Source: Octopus sinensis (Eukaryota). Taken from it: a stretch of DNA of 64,000 nucleotides. Under the pieces are notes generated by a model. The model saw only the letters and a program-made list of their open reading frames with translations. It was not told the DNA's origin and ran no database searches. Positions 1-12,032 of this stretch are shown in pieces (position 1 is the stretch's first letter; each line of letters opens with the position of its first letter). The stretch lies in NCBI RefSeq assembly GCF_006345805.1, contig NC_043010.1, positions 57,102,001-57,166,000 on the forward strand, written 5' to 3'. The position numbers and the translations under genes were made by a program.

Positions 1-430
1 TCAGAAACTCTATTGACCAATCTTTATATTGTTTGTATTCCCACCAAATTTACACATAAAGTTTGAGTCGTGTTGCTAATTTAATTATTTTTAGAATGGT
101 TTAACAAACTTCTATATCCAACAAGTAAGGATCAGTGTTTGTGCAGGGCTTTTTCGATGTACGACAAATGTTTCTTTACAAATTAACTTTTCAATGTCTG
201 CTTCATCAGGTTTCATTTTATTATTATTATTATAGATGAGTGATTATCATATTTCCAGAAACTTGGTTTCTGAAACATATTTCTCCTTTAAACTGTAGCA
301 AAAATAGATTTGGTGTGGATATTTCTGAAATGTTGGTTGGACAAGGTTTTTCTAAAGCTTCCTCTACAAAACTGACAATTCTTATTTCTTCAAATAAAAT
401 ATTTGAACCATATTTTATTAGAATAAAAAC
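1..430 (-). mobile_element. Possible decayed Penelope-like element, post-RT linker/GIY-YIG region
   Basis: Minus-strand translation with stops gives NLFLLQFKGE (like the PLE linker L.LPF.G) and HDSNFMCKFGGNTNNIKIGQ (like SN.VYKF.C..C...YIGQT). Recognised by eye only. Confidence 0.35.
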
Positions 431-516
431 AGTGAAACAGCTTTGAGTTATTTATTTTTTCTTTCATCTCTATTTTGCAATGTTTCTTTTTCGTTAAGTG
501 GAAACCAACATATTTT

Positions 517-2420
517 ATTCATCATCATCCAGTGTTTTAAGTCCGGGTTTTGTCCCTGTTAACGGGGGTGGCCAGATCTATCTCAATGCCATAGCAACCA
601 CCCTCACCCTATCTTGCCCAGTTTTGGGCATCCTCCTTTTTCAAACCGACCCTCCCAATCTCCTCCTCCACCTTTTCCTCGCTTTCACACTCCATTTACC
701 TCAAATGCAATCACCCTCCTCAGAACATGCCCTTCATCCTTCCTCAACATATGCCCATACCACCACCACCACTCCATTCACCCTTGCCAACCATTTCACC
801 AATTCCGCCAACCCCAGCATCCCCATCAAATCCTCAGCCCTCCTCTTATCAAACAGCTTCACTCCACACATTCTCTTACCATTGCTTCCTCAGTCCTTCT
901 CAAAATTGCCATCTCTCTCCCTCAGACACCATGTCTCACTCCCATACAGCATTGCACCTCTCACACAACTCTTACAGACCCTTCCTTTCATCTTCAATGA
1001 GGACCTTTTCCCATATAACATTGCTCCACATTCCCTGAACTTTTCCCAGCCAAGTTTTGTTCTTGCTGTCACATCCACCCCTTACATCCACCCCTTACAT
1101 CCACCCTATTTCCCAAATAACAAAACCTTCTCATCGGTTCTACCTTGTCACATAGCATTTCTACTGGTTCTGCCGGCCCTCCAGCTCCTTTCTCACATCT
1201 TCCACAAACAAACTCTCTCACCAGTCTTGGGTTACCTTCTTCATTTTCTATCATGAGTCCATTTCTCACATTTCATACACAACACTGCATTTTCCATAAC
1301 CCTTCTCTCACATACACCACATGGATCCACCTTACACTTCTTCCACTCCACTCACCATCACCTTTGTCTTCCTAAGGTTTACCTTCAAACCCTTACTTTC
1401 AGACACCTCCTTCCATTTCCAAAACTTCTCCCTCAATCCCTCCATGTTCTCCCTCATCAGAACAAGGTCATCCACATGCAGTATCTCCATTATCAATCCT
1501 TCTCTTGCACTCTCCGTCACCACATCAATCACTGTTGCAAACGACAATGGTGACAGCACAGATCCCTGATGCACACTACAAACTTTCACCACAAACTCCC
1601 CCGACAGCTCTGATCCAATTCTCACTCTTGTCTTTACCCCCTCATAAAAACTCATCACTGCCCTCACTATTGCCTCTAGTACACCTCTCTTCCTCAATGC
1701 CCGCTCTATCACCTTCTTTGGGACCTAATCATATACCTTTTCCAGATCAACGAAACACATGTACAACTCCTTCCCCTTATCTCGGAATTCCTCCTGCAAT
1801 CTCCTTACAGTGAACACTGCATTTAGTGTCCCCCTTCCTGGCATAAAACCAAATTGCATCTCATCCACATCCATCCCTTTCTGAACTCTCCTCTCCAACA
1901 CGCTGTCCACCATCTTCATTGCATGCTCCAATAACTTCATTCCTCTATACACCCCCACAACTCATCACATCTCCCTTCCCCTTGAAGATCAGTACCACCA
2001 CACTTAGTGTCCAGTCCCCTGGCATTCCTCGTCCGTCCAGCAGAGCTCCATCAACACAACAATACCCATCTCTCCACTTGCAGTTATCGTTTCCACACTT
2101 ACTTCTGATGGACCAGCTGCCCTTTCCTGTTTTCATTTCCTTCATTGCCTCCACTACTTCTTCCCGACTAACCCTCTCTATTGGCCCCTTCACCACAGCA
2201 ACATCCACCCTCTGATTCCATTCATTCTCCTCATTCATAATTCCTTCCAAACTCTTCTCCTGTCCTTCGCACTAAAATTCAACCTTCCATCATTCCTCCT
2301 CATGAATCATTTTCCATTGATTTAATAAACCTAAACACTCTATCTGGGTTCTCATCCAGCCTGCTCCACCCCTCCCCAGCCTCCTTCCTCATAGACCTCG
2401 CAACCACCCTCTTTGCATGA
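517..2420 (-). mobile_element. 5'-truncated, frameshifted RTE-clade LINE (RT and C-terminus)
   Basis: ORF pieces 1945-2250, 1725-1958 (QFGFMPGRGT, CFVDLEKVYD), 1332-1712 (VHQGSVLSPL, HVDDLVL = degenerate YADD) and 890-1078 (LYGSETW) are colinear RTE RT motifs; short (GAT)n tail near 520. Confidence 0.92.
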
Positions 2421-3959
2421 TTCTAAACCTGTGCTTAGGAAGTTCATTTCTAACCCCAACCGACTTCAGTTTTCTTGTTTGTTGCTAAAATAAAAGTTCT
2501 ACCTGGAATACTATTTCTTAATATTTGCCATTGTTCATTTGTTGTCTGAGTATTGTACCCCCTTTGTGGATTGCTACCCTTACTCTATGGATACCAACGA
2601 TGTATTGGCTGCACAGGCCATAGCCTAAAAAAACAACAACACATTAACAATGTAAAGCTTATTTAAAACAAGATTTATTCAAAATTGTCTTTTTCTATTG
2701 ATATATCGACCAAGAATACTAATCACTACTAAATATGATCAGTACAATATAGTGCTCCAGCATGGTCTTAACCATGATGGCTAAAGTAAACTACTACAAT
2801 TCATTTATCACACTTTCAACTCCATCCCCAAAGTCATGGGTTCTCAAACTGGGGGCCCATATTGCATGCCGCAGGAGTTTTTAGAAGACAAATTGCAGTT
2901 CATCAATTTTGTAAAAATATTGGAATTTCTGAGGTCAAATAAAGGACCAGCTGGAGTTGTGTGTCTGAGACTTTGCCTTTGGATGGAACTCACTGTCTTG
3001 ATGTTTCTATATCAACTTGATGAAGACTGCCACAGCATCACCTCTTCTTCCCCCTGAAGCAAAACAAAAGATCACATGATGTTTGAGTTGTACAAATTCA
3101 AGTTTACAAACAGATTTTAGGGGTCAGTTGACCTCTGACATCAGATTACATTGTTAGCCCTGTACTCATTCTTAACTATCACACCATCTCACTCTTTCAC
3201 TCTCTCTACACATTCTCCACTCACAGATATATGCTAGAATGTAGTATATGTCATGTATGTGTCTGCCTTCAATCTACCATTAACTTCGTCACGATCCCAG
3301 GCCAATCAAAAGTACACTGTGGTTCTGTGATTGAGGGACTGTGGGAAATGGTTCAACTACCAAATCAGTCCTTTTGGTACCTGACTTGCGTGTCTTCCTC
3401 CACTATCATTCTTCAACATAAACTGGCTATCAACAGGGAAGTTAAGATAATTAGATAATTAATATTTTGGATAATTAATTAGATAATTAATGTTTTTGAG
3501 GAACACAGCCAAAATCCTTGAAGTAACTGATTCTAAAGCAAAAAATTGTATAATTCCAATACTGGAATAATCTGTTCAAAACCCTGCCTACAGAAACAGA
3601 CAAACCAAGACACATTGCGGAAGCCATAGAATCTGCCTTACATCATGTGATTGTCTTCGTCATATCCAAAGAAATCATTGATCTTCAGATATTTGCTGAT
3701 AACTTGTCCAATGACTTTGGTTGTCCTCCTCCAAAAACTGTTCATTGTGTCGGGTAACAGAATCCCAAACCCAGACTAGTCAGATGGGTTTTCTCAAGTT
3801 CTACCAAGATGCATCCATACAAAGTCTGCTCGAAAAGCCATGGCGGGGGGATCATTTATGTTCATTCAAGTTTTTCAACAATCTTTTGTGACAATTTGAT
3901 GCAATTACAGCAAGAGATAGTTTTCTGCATCATTTGTTTAAAAACATCAAATCTTCTAT

Positions 3960-4015
3960 TTATAGTTGTTTATGACCCTTGAGAATTACCATCAAGGCAC
4001 ATGACATTTTGACAT
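3960..4015 (-). CDS. Probable terminal exon 5 of PAN-domain gene
   Basis: tgtgcag|AT GTC AAA ATG ... CTA TAA gives DVKMSCALMVILKGHKQL* in phase 1. A competing acceptor 14 nt upstream (ttcttag, exon start 4029) would give DGTVQMSKCHVP*. Confidence 0.5.
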
Positions 4016-4175
4016 CTGCACAGTCCCATCTAAGAAAACAGTTCCCTATCTTTTCATCACTGTTTAGAGATTGTTTGGGAAACCTTTCTCCATCAACTGG
4101 AAAGTGCAAGGAATTTCCCAGACAGGTTGTTAGAGTAAAATAGAAGTTTGTCTTTACGGTATTTTGCCTGCTCAC

Positions 4176-4333
4176 CTGAAGAAATGGTGACAGATGTTGT
4201 GAGAGGTCAATAGATGAGTGTGGGGTAGTACTCAGCTTCCTGTCACGAGCAGCGTGCTGCTTCACTAACAATCAACCAGGACAGAAGACGTTCACAACCA
4301 ATTTGAACCTGGGATACATAAAAGTGCCTTTGT
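4176..4333 (-). pseudogene. Exon 4 of PAN-domain gene with two in-frame TGA codons
   Basis: ctccctttcag|A CAA AGG CAC TTT TAT ... TCA G|GTGAGC; RQRHFYVSQVQIGCERLLSWLIVSEAARCS*QEAEYYPTLIY*PLTTSVTISS; phase 2 to 1. Confidence 0.75.
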
Positions 4334-5724
4334 CTGAAAGGGAGAATCAAATGGTGATTAATGATGGAAGAAGAATGTCAGCGATTATGATAACAATAAC
4401 AACAACAAAAAGTGATATAAAATGGATAAAGACAACTACAAGAACAAGAATATCAATGAAAATAACTAGAATAACAATATGAAGATTTTTTCAGCTCCTT
4501 TATAATAAACACGACATTCCTATTTCAATTGTAGACTTACACCAACTCAGCTCTGTTCAAATATCCAGAATATACCTGGGTAATACAGGACAGCAGTGCA
4601 GGGTACATATATATAACCATGAAGCAGTAAACAGATGCCACTCCACACAAACAATAAATATGATGCAACAGTTAACAATATACAAATACTAAATAGGACA
4701 ACATTACAATCACTAAATAGGACAAGCACAAAAATAAACAGTAAACAGGATGACAATAGCAACGACATAAATTATTAACAAGACTACAATAACAACAGAC
4801 AAACACTAAACAAAAAGCCCAGGATAATGCAGAAATGCATAGGTTCAATATAAAGTCTGGCAATAAACAGTGGGAGAATCTATTTTCATATTGTATGGCA
4901 GATAATGTGAATGGAGTTTGTAGAGTTGCATCATTTGTGTTTGAGTATATTTTGTGTGGTATATATGTATACTGTATGATGGTTGTATATCATATGTTGG
5001 TGTATATATTGTGTGTATAGAATGTGGCAGTAATATCTGTGTATATAGTGTATGTATGTATTTATTACATGTGCTGTGCTGTTTGTGATAGCAATCCCAT
5101 AATTCCCATTTAAATGTTAAACTTTTCCCTGTTGTTTTCCTTCACAAGGAATATCAATAATCTTAATAAATGTTTTCCCTAATCATTAATCTTAATTAGT
5201 TGTTCCTCTTATTATAATTGTAATATCAATTGATTAAATGCTGTTTTTGTTTCTTTATATCAAATATCGTTGGCAACAATGCTTGACTATGTTTTTAAGG
5301 CAGAAGACACTCTCTGAAATTTCCCAATTTTGTCATAATTTTTAATGATTTAATGAGTGAATAATTATCTAAGAAATATCAGTTAATCCTCTTCATAGTC
5401 ATTCATATTTTTGCTAAGTTCACCTTGAATTATTCTTTGCTAAGAAGTTTAAATAAAACTGAAACCTGGTCCTGTTACTTCATACAAGATAGATCAAACT
5501 CATCGTCACTGCTTATCTTCATTTAATTAAAATCAATTTGTGTTCTATCCTTTGATTTTCTTCACTATAATTCTAATTGACACTAATTATCTTTCTTTTC
5601 ATTATGAGTGTGATTTCAATGTCTTAAAAGCGTTAAGTGGTTCAAGACAGCCAGAACGCATCCTGTTATTGTCCACCCTGAAGACAGTTTCAAGAAATGT
5701 CTCAGTGGCATCAGTTCCACTTAC

Positions 5725-5888
5725 CTCGTTGGACTTATACCAAAGTAGGCAATTGTTGCTTCACTTAAATCAGTCCATGGCGAAGAGATAAGTCTCTGGA
5801 AATTAAACCAATCACTCTTTGTTGAATTGCGACCATTGAAGACAAGCTCCAGCTCTTCTATACCATTCTTATAAGCAGCAAACTTCAC
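5725..5888 (-). CDS. Coding exon 3 of PAN-domain gene
   Basis: ttttgacag|GTG AAG ... ACG AG|GTAAGT; VKFAAYKNGIEELELVFNGRNSTKSDWFNFQRLISSPWTDLSEATIAYFGISPT; phase 0 to 2, no stops. Confidence 0.85.
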
Positions 5889-6029
5889 CTGTCAAAATAA
5901 AATGATTTTTATTTAGGTTTCTTTCACTAAAATATTTTACAAATGTTATACAGCAATGATTTTAGACAGTGATAATCTGGCTCATCCATTAATCTATAAC
6001 ACCATCTTATATATATATATATTTACAAA

Positions 6030-6212
6030 GTTGAGACAGATATCTGCAGCTAGCAGGCCTCCTAGCTGTTGCGGGTATTTGTCTCCCCTTCGTAAATATA
6101 TAAGGACACAGGAAATGTGTCAAGGCCGACAGGAAGCGTCGATGCTTCCTAGGGCTAAACAGCGGTGGTCTAATCCCCTACTGTCACGTTAAGTTGACAG
6201 TATACAACCACT
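6030..6212. repeat. Dispersed repeat, reverse-complement homolog of 17220-17440 lacking the ribozyme segment
   Basis: Reverse complement gtcaacttaacgtgacagt...ccctaggaagc...ggccttgacacatttcctgtgtcctta...aaggggagacaaatacc matches 17221-17345. Confidence 0.8.
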
Positions 6213-6265
6213 CTATCGCCCCACCACCATACATATCTCTATGAGATATTTAGAAATTTAATATT

Positions 6266-6311
<46 letters not shown>

Positions 6312-7067
6312 AACATCATCTACCTTCCATGCTGGCATGGGTGGGATGGTTTGATAGGAGCCAGCCAGGCAGAAGCCTGTACCAGACTTCTGTGACAGTT
6401 TTGGCAGGATTTATATACATCCACAACCACGCTAATAGCTTAAGAGTGAAATTTAGTATTTCTCCGTTTTCTTTGAATTAATTTTGATAAAACTTTTCCC
6501 AGCTGGTTTGCACACTCTGGCAACACCATTCTTATGTTTTCATCATTCTGAGTAACGTCCTTTCTTTTTTATTTCAGATTCTTCAGTTTTTTGGGGGTGA
6601 ACCATGCTAATAGCTTTTGAATGAAAATAACCCATCTGAACTTATATTTTTTTTCAGGAATGAAGGGTAATGATACATATTAAGCATACATTGAGTCTAT
6701 ATCTAACAGAAAACCATAATAATGTTATAACATTTATTGACATAATCAATTATTTAGCCACATGAGTGCAATTTCAATGGCTAACTTCAAAAACCCTCTT
6801 AAGAATAAATAAATTCATTCTTCTCCCCTCTACAGTTGTTATAGATGTTGTCGAATAGATTTGGAGAGTGACTCCCATTTACTATTCACACATCTAAGAC
6901 AGACATGTAACGGCTGTACAAACACACAAACACATGCACACACAGACACACATACACACACACGTGCACATGCAAACACATACATACATGCACACATCCA
7001 GAACAATGTTGCTGCTGTATATTCACACATATCTAAGACTATGCTGTCAACATTTCTAAGCACTCAC

Positions 7068-7249
7068 CTGATCAATGGGTAGAATTGTCCATTGGTCCAT
7101 GAGGGTATTTCGATAAAAGAATGTCTCATTCAAGTGTGAACAACTGTTGGGTGGGTTTATCAGTCTTGGATTCTCAAGAAACGATTCAGAAACAAGACAA
7201 TCCTTCTCCATTGTTAATGAGTAGATTTTAAACCATTTCTTCTGCAGAA
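7068..7249 (-). CDS. Coding exon 2 of PAN-domain gene
   Basis: ttgtag|TT CTG CAG AAG AAA TGG ... GAT CAG|GTGAGT; VLQKKWFKIYSLTMEKDCLVSESFLENPRLINPPNSCSHLNETFFYRNTLMDQWTILPIDQ; phase 1 to 0, no stops. Confidence 0.82.
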
Positions 7250-8159
7250 CTACAAATAAAAACCACAGAAACATGTTTATTTGCATTGAAACTGTGCAAA
7301 GATCTTGTCAAGAGTTCAATACTCTGTGCTGTCTGTCTGAACATGTCAATGGACACTTGACCTGTTAGAAATAACAACCAAACGTCTCGATGAATGGCTC
7401 ATCAGATAATGGAGGATGGATGGATGATTATGTCTGACAGCAAGACATGAGGGTCACAGCTGGAAAATATTTCCATGTGTCCAGATGAGGCTTGATATCA
7501 GGTTAAAAACAACATCATCAACAACAACAACAAGGTGAACAATTTGTAGACAAGGTTTTAAAGTTTTTTAAAACTAAGATGATACTTAGTTCTGTTTGTA
7601 TGGGTTGCTATGGAGGGAGGAATCGGGCTGTCCATGATGTTGTCTGAAGCTCCAATCCTAGAGACATCATCGATGGTTTAGGCTCAACGTTGGTAACATC
7701 TGTTACTGCTTTGAAGAAATCATAATTATATGGGAGGAACTGTTTCTATTGGCTGATGCTCTTGTGAAAATGGTTAGCATGCCATCTAGAGGCAAGGAAT
7801 GGCATGGATGATGTAGAATAACCTTATGTAGAGATATTATTTAGACTGTGAGTACAGAAGAGTACGAGCCATTATGGTGGTAATAGAATAGACAAAAAGA
7901 AGACAATACATCGATGAACCAGAGGCTGTAATTATGTTAGCGAGTATTTGTTAATTAGTCTGTTGGCTGGGAGAAGATTTTCGTGGGTAGTAACAGCAAT
8001 ATCTCAGATATTATCTAAAAGTAAAACTGAGTTTGTTTTATGCCAGGGGAATAAAGTAGTTTGCTTATAAATTTCCAGTTTCTCTTCATTCATAGTTTAA
8101 GACTAAAGACTAAGAACTTACTAATAATGGCTATTTCCCTAACATTTACAAAATCAAGG

Positions 8160-8380
8160 CAGACATGCCCCAATGTCCTAGTAAGCAGGAAAGCAGGCAA
8201 ATTGCTAATGCCTTGAAGGAAATGGCCCTGCTTTAGATATAGAAACGGTGTTGGTAGAAATTCAATATGGTGTGTCCAGTGCAAGCTATGAAGACATAAG
8301 AGGTAGAATGGAAGTACAGGAAGGTTAACATAAAGAGTGAACTTTGTGTGTGGCTGATGCACAGGAGCAATAAACTAAGA
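8160..8380 (+). mobile_element. Old RTE LINE fragment
   Basis: VLVSRKAGK...KWPC...GVGRNSIWCVQCKL..HKR, homologous to 9350-9550. Confidence 0.7.
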
Positions 8381-8934
8381 ACCCGTAGGAAGTAGATTTT
8401 CCTCCCCTTAGCTAAGGAATATTATATCCACTGATTATCCCTTTAGTCAAAAGATATTATTATAGTCACTGATTACTCCGCTTGAGCTATACCCTCCTGT
8501 ATAACTGCAAAATTATATCATATTTGCTTCTATGCAGGATTAAATCAAAAGCTTATAATGATTTCATAAGACTGAGTCATGATTAGCCAAGAGAAACCAA
8601 TCAACACTGTAAATATTGTAATGGATTAAATAAACTTTATCCACACAAACAAGATTTCTGTGCTTTTTCACTTTAAATCTTATTTAATATGTATATATGG
8701 AAAAAAAAGTCAAGGTAGAAAATGCTAAAATAATTTTATAAAAACATTTCAGTACTAGTTTCAGTCATTAAGACTTTTTCAACTCTAAGTATGGAAAACA
8801 ATTAAATTTTGGAAAAAAAAAAAAAAAGTTTTTAAAAAGAATATTTGCATAGTATTCAAATAGAAGGGTCATTTTCCTTGTTTCTGCCTGTCTCTGTCTC
8901 TCTGGTTTAATTTTGTGGGTTCGAGGTTGGCTGA

Positions 8935-9167
8935 GAAGAAGAAGAAGAAGAAGGGAACTGAGGGCTGAAGAAGAAGAAGAAGAAGAAGAAGAAGGAGAGG
9001 AGGAGGATGGCATTCCCCCCTCTTCCTCCTCCTCCTCCTCCTCCTCCTCCTCTCCTCCTCCTCCTCCTCCTCTTCCTCCTCCTCCTCCTCCTCCTCCTCC
9101 TCCTCCTCCTTCTTCTTCTTCTTCTTCTTCTTCTTCTTCTTCTTCTTCTTCAGCCCTCAGTTCCCTT
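8935..9167. repeat. (GAA)n/(GGA)n then (CCT)n/(CTT)n tracts forming a fold-back at the 5' junction of an RTE
   Basis: 8951-8967 aagggaactgagggctg is the exact reverse complement of 9151-9167 cagccctcagttccctt; the adjoining purine and pyrimidine triplet tracts extend the arms. Confidence 0.9.
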
Positions 9168-10692
9168 TTATTCATCATAGTCCTCCAGGCAATAACATAG
9201 GAATTCAAAACGGGTTGCCCCTGGGAGCTCCTCTATGCTGATGACCTGGCCCTCATAGCAGAATCCCTACCAGAACTAGAAAAGAAATTTCGGATGTGGA
9301 AGCAAGGTCTAGAATCAAAAGGCCTTAGAGTCAATCTAGCAAAGACCAAAGTTCTAGTAAGTAGGAAAGCAAACTCATCACCCCCCCCTCAGGTAGGTGG
9401 CCCTGCTTGATCTGTAGAAAAGGTATAGGTAGAAACTCCATAAGATGTACCCAGTATAAGCTATGGATACAAGAGGTGCAGCAACATCAAAGGAAGATTA
9501 ACCGAGAAGATAGCTTTCATGTGCAGCAGATGCAAAGGGATAATAAACACCGCAGATGCTCAGAAATCAGATTTCATCACACTCCAGGGCGAGAAACTAG
9601 AATTAGTTGATGGCTTCTGTTACCTAGGTGACCAAGTTAGTAGTGGGGGTGGATGCTCAGAGAGTGTTACCACTAAAATAAGAATAGCCTGGGCGAAGTT
9701 TAGAAAGCTTCTGCCCTACTGGTTACAAAGGGCCTCTCGCTCAGAGTGAAAAGTAGATTGTACGATGCATGTGTGCGAACTGCCATGCTTCACAGTAGTG
9801 AAACATGGGCTGTGACTGCGGAGGACATGCGTAGACTCGAAAGAAATGAAGTTAGCATGATCCACTGGATGTATAATGTCAGTGTGCACACATGACAGAG
9901 TGTTAGCGTCCTGAGAGAAATGTTGGACATAAGAAGCATCGGATGTGGCATGCAAGAGAGACGTTTGTGCTGGTATGGTCATGTACTACGAATAGATACA
10001 GAGAGATGTGAGAAGTGCCACTCCCAAACAGTTGAAGGAATTCAGGGTAGAAGTAGACCCAGGAAGACATGGGATGAGGTGGTCAAGCATGACCTTCAAA
10101 CGTTGGGCCTCACAGAGGCAATGACGAAAGACCGAGACCTCTAGAGATATGCTGTGACTGCGAAGGCCCGGCAAATAAAATGAGTTCATGGCTGTATCCT
10201 TCACCAGTTTTGCATAACCAGCCCCAGCCCATTCAAAAGTACCTTGGATCGTAGGGCAACCTGCTGTGCTTACCTTTGATTGTAGGGTGACCTGCTGTGC
10301 TTGAGAAGACCTATTGAGTCAAGTACATCGACATCAAATTAAAAATCAAATGGAAATTGTAGCTGTGATCCCTGTGCCGGTGGCAAGTAAAAAGCACCAT
10401 CCAAACATGGCCGATGCCAGCACCGCCTTGGCTGGCTTCCGTGCCAATGGCATGTAAAAAGCACCAACCGATTGTGGCCATTGCCAGCCTCCTCTGGCCC
10501 CTGTGCTGGTGGCACGTAAAAAGCACGCACTACACTCACAGAGTGGTTGGCGTTAGGAAGGGTATCCAGTTGTAGAAACACTGCCAGATCAGACTGGTGC
10601 CTGGTGCAGTCTCCTGGCTTCTTAGACCCCAGTCAAACCATCCAACCCATGCTAGCATGGAAAACAGACGTTAAACGATGATAATGATGATT
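9151..10692 (+). mobile_element. 5'-truncated RTE-clade LINE with complete 3' UTR, antisense in intron 1 of the PAN gene
   Basis: LSSLLFIIVLQAIT*EFKTGCPWELLYADDLALIAES (YADD at about 9233), FCYLGD, RPRKTWDEVVKHD; 3' UTR with repeated ggcacgtaaaaagcac motifs ending ccatccaacccatgctagcatggaaaacagacgttaaac(gat)n. Confidence 0.93.
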
Positions 10693-10995
10693 ATAGTTAC
10701 TGTGACATTGATATCACTCTTTGCCTAGAAGTGGCCTATGGACCCTACTTGTGTGTGTGTGTGTGGGGGGGGATTTGGGGTGAAGGGAAAAACAGAAGCA
10801 AAGAAGTTTTGTTGTTTAATTTATTGTGGAGTCAGAGTTCAAGGTTCAAACATTTGTGATGTTAGTGCTGTAAGACTGTGCTTTGGTGGCTTGACACTGT
10901 TGTAATAGTGTCGTGGTGAATGTGTCAAACACTAAGTTATTGTGTGAAGGGGTTTAAGACTAAAGCAAACAGTTATAGGGAAGGATCACACTTAC

Positions 10996-11302
10996 CATTC
11001 TTTGAGACAAATGTTTCTGCTTGTCTGTTGGTTGTTTTCTGTATGGTGACATTATCTTGCCATATATGGAAATATTGGCATTGCCGTTCACTAGATTTGT
11101 AGGTGAAGTATTCACAGTCATTCACTGAACACATTTGGGCACATTGAAATTTGCTGGTGGCTTTATGAATAACTTTGGCTGGATCAGTTGACTGGATTAT
11201 GTAACCTTCTAATCGGTGAAAATGGTAACTAGTCGACATCTGCTCACATATTATTCCAATAATGGTACAAAGCAACACTGGGATTGTTGGATTCCTCAAC
11301 AT
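10996..11302 (-). CDS. Coding exon 1 of PAN-domain gene (signal peptide + PAN/Apple domain)
   Basis: MLRNPTIPVLLCTIIGIICEQ (hydrophobic N-terminus), then ATSKFQCAQMCSVNDCEYFTYKSSERQCQYF (PAN C...C....C..F.Y......C pattern). Ends AATG|GTAAGT (phase 1); an acceptor (ctacag) lies just upstream of the ATG, implying a 5' UTR exon. Confidence 0.88.
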
Positions 11303-12032
11303 GGTTCACTGTAGTTCAAGTTCAGCAAAAAGAATAAAGAAATGAACATTTAGCAAAAACGATAGTCAGTAATAGGATGTGATACAGAAAGTTATTTTAA
11401 ACCTTGTAAATCAATATGCAAAGGTTATCAGAATTTACTTTCAAATAAACACAATAAACTCAATTGGTAGAAACATTAGTTTCATTGAAGAATGTCACAG
11501 TGGAGAAAGTCAACTGTGTACAGAAAGAATTTGAAGGTAATAATTTCTTGCTATGTTCTAATAAAACAATATATTTTACAGACTTCTAGGACCCTGAACA
11601 ACTGTGTGCAACAGGGACTTTTAATACATGCTACATTACTCGTCAGCAAACTAAAAACAAACAAGGAGCATAAAACAAATGTCCAGCAAAAACAAATGTT
11701 TACAGCAACAACTAAATCTTCATAAAACTGCAAGAAAAAGGAAATAAAACAACCATATAAGTCTGAATAGAAATTGCAAGAATAGCAAAATGGAAGCAAC
11801 ATCCATAATGGCAGAAAGTAAATGAATTGGTGAATATAATGTGAGCCAGCAGTAGTTCTTGGAAAGAAAAAATGAAAGATGTGCCTGGCACCGTTTTCGG
11901 TGCACATTTGTTAAGATTAGCAAGGACGATAGAATTACATGCTGGCACATTGCAAAAGACAGACAACGTTTTGTATTAATTACGTGACCAACCATAGAAG
12001 CAAGCTGTGTCTGACAAGAGTTCAGGGAGCAG

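Larger units (their letters stand above)
3960..11302 (-). pseudogene. 5-exon gene (about 288 codons): signal peptide + PAN/Apple domain + second extracellular domain; two in-frame TGA in exon 4 (pseudogene or recoded gene)
   Basis: Exons 11302-10996, 7249-7068, 5888-5725, 4333-4176, 4015-3960 have AG/GT ends (donors GTAAGT, GTGAGT, GTAAGT, GTGAGC) and compatible phases 1,0,2,1. TGA at 4245-4243 and 4209-4207. Confidence 0.75.

Noticed and set aside
498-1813. Plus-strand Pro/Ser/His/Leu-rich ORFs
   Set aside because: Antisense of the purine-rich RTE LINE on the minus strand.
3290-3420. Alternative stop-free exon 4 for the PAN gene
   Set aside because: After the ttgatag acceptor the phase-2 frame gives QFMLKNDSGG...W* and lacks the GC/WL.V/C.W/YP pattern that 4333-4176 shows clearly.
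4207-4245. Selenoprotein reading of the two TGA codons
   Set aside because: The first TGA seems to replace Trp, not Cys, and I could not identify a SECIS downstream; a SECISearch run would be needed to reopen this.
7380-7412. Hammerhead-like CTGATGAG...GAGAC on minus (also CTGATGA near 200)
   Set aside because: Core reads GAGA rather than GAAA or has no stem II, and stem I does not pair.
8768-9208. Poly-Glu/Gly and poly-Pro/Ser ORFs
   Set aside because: Triplet microsatellite translations.
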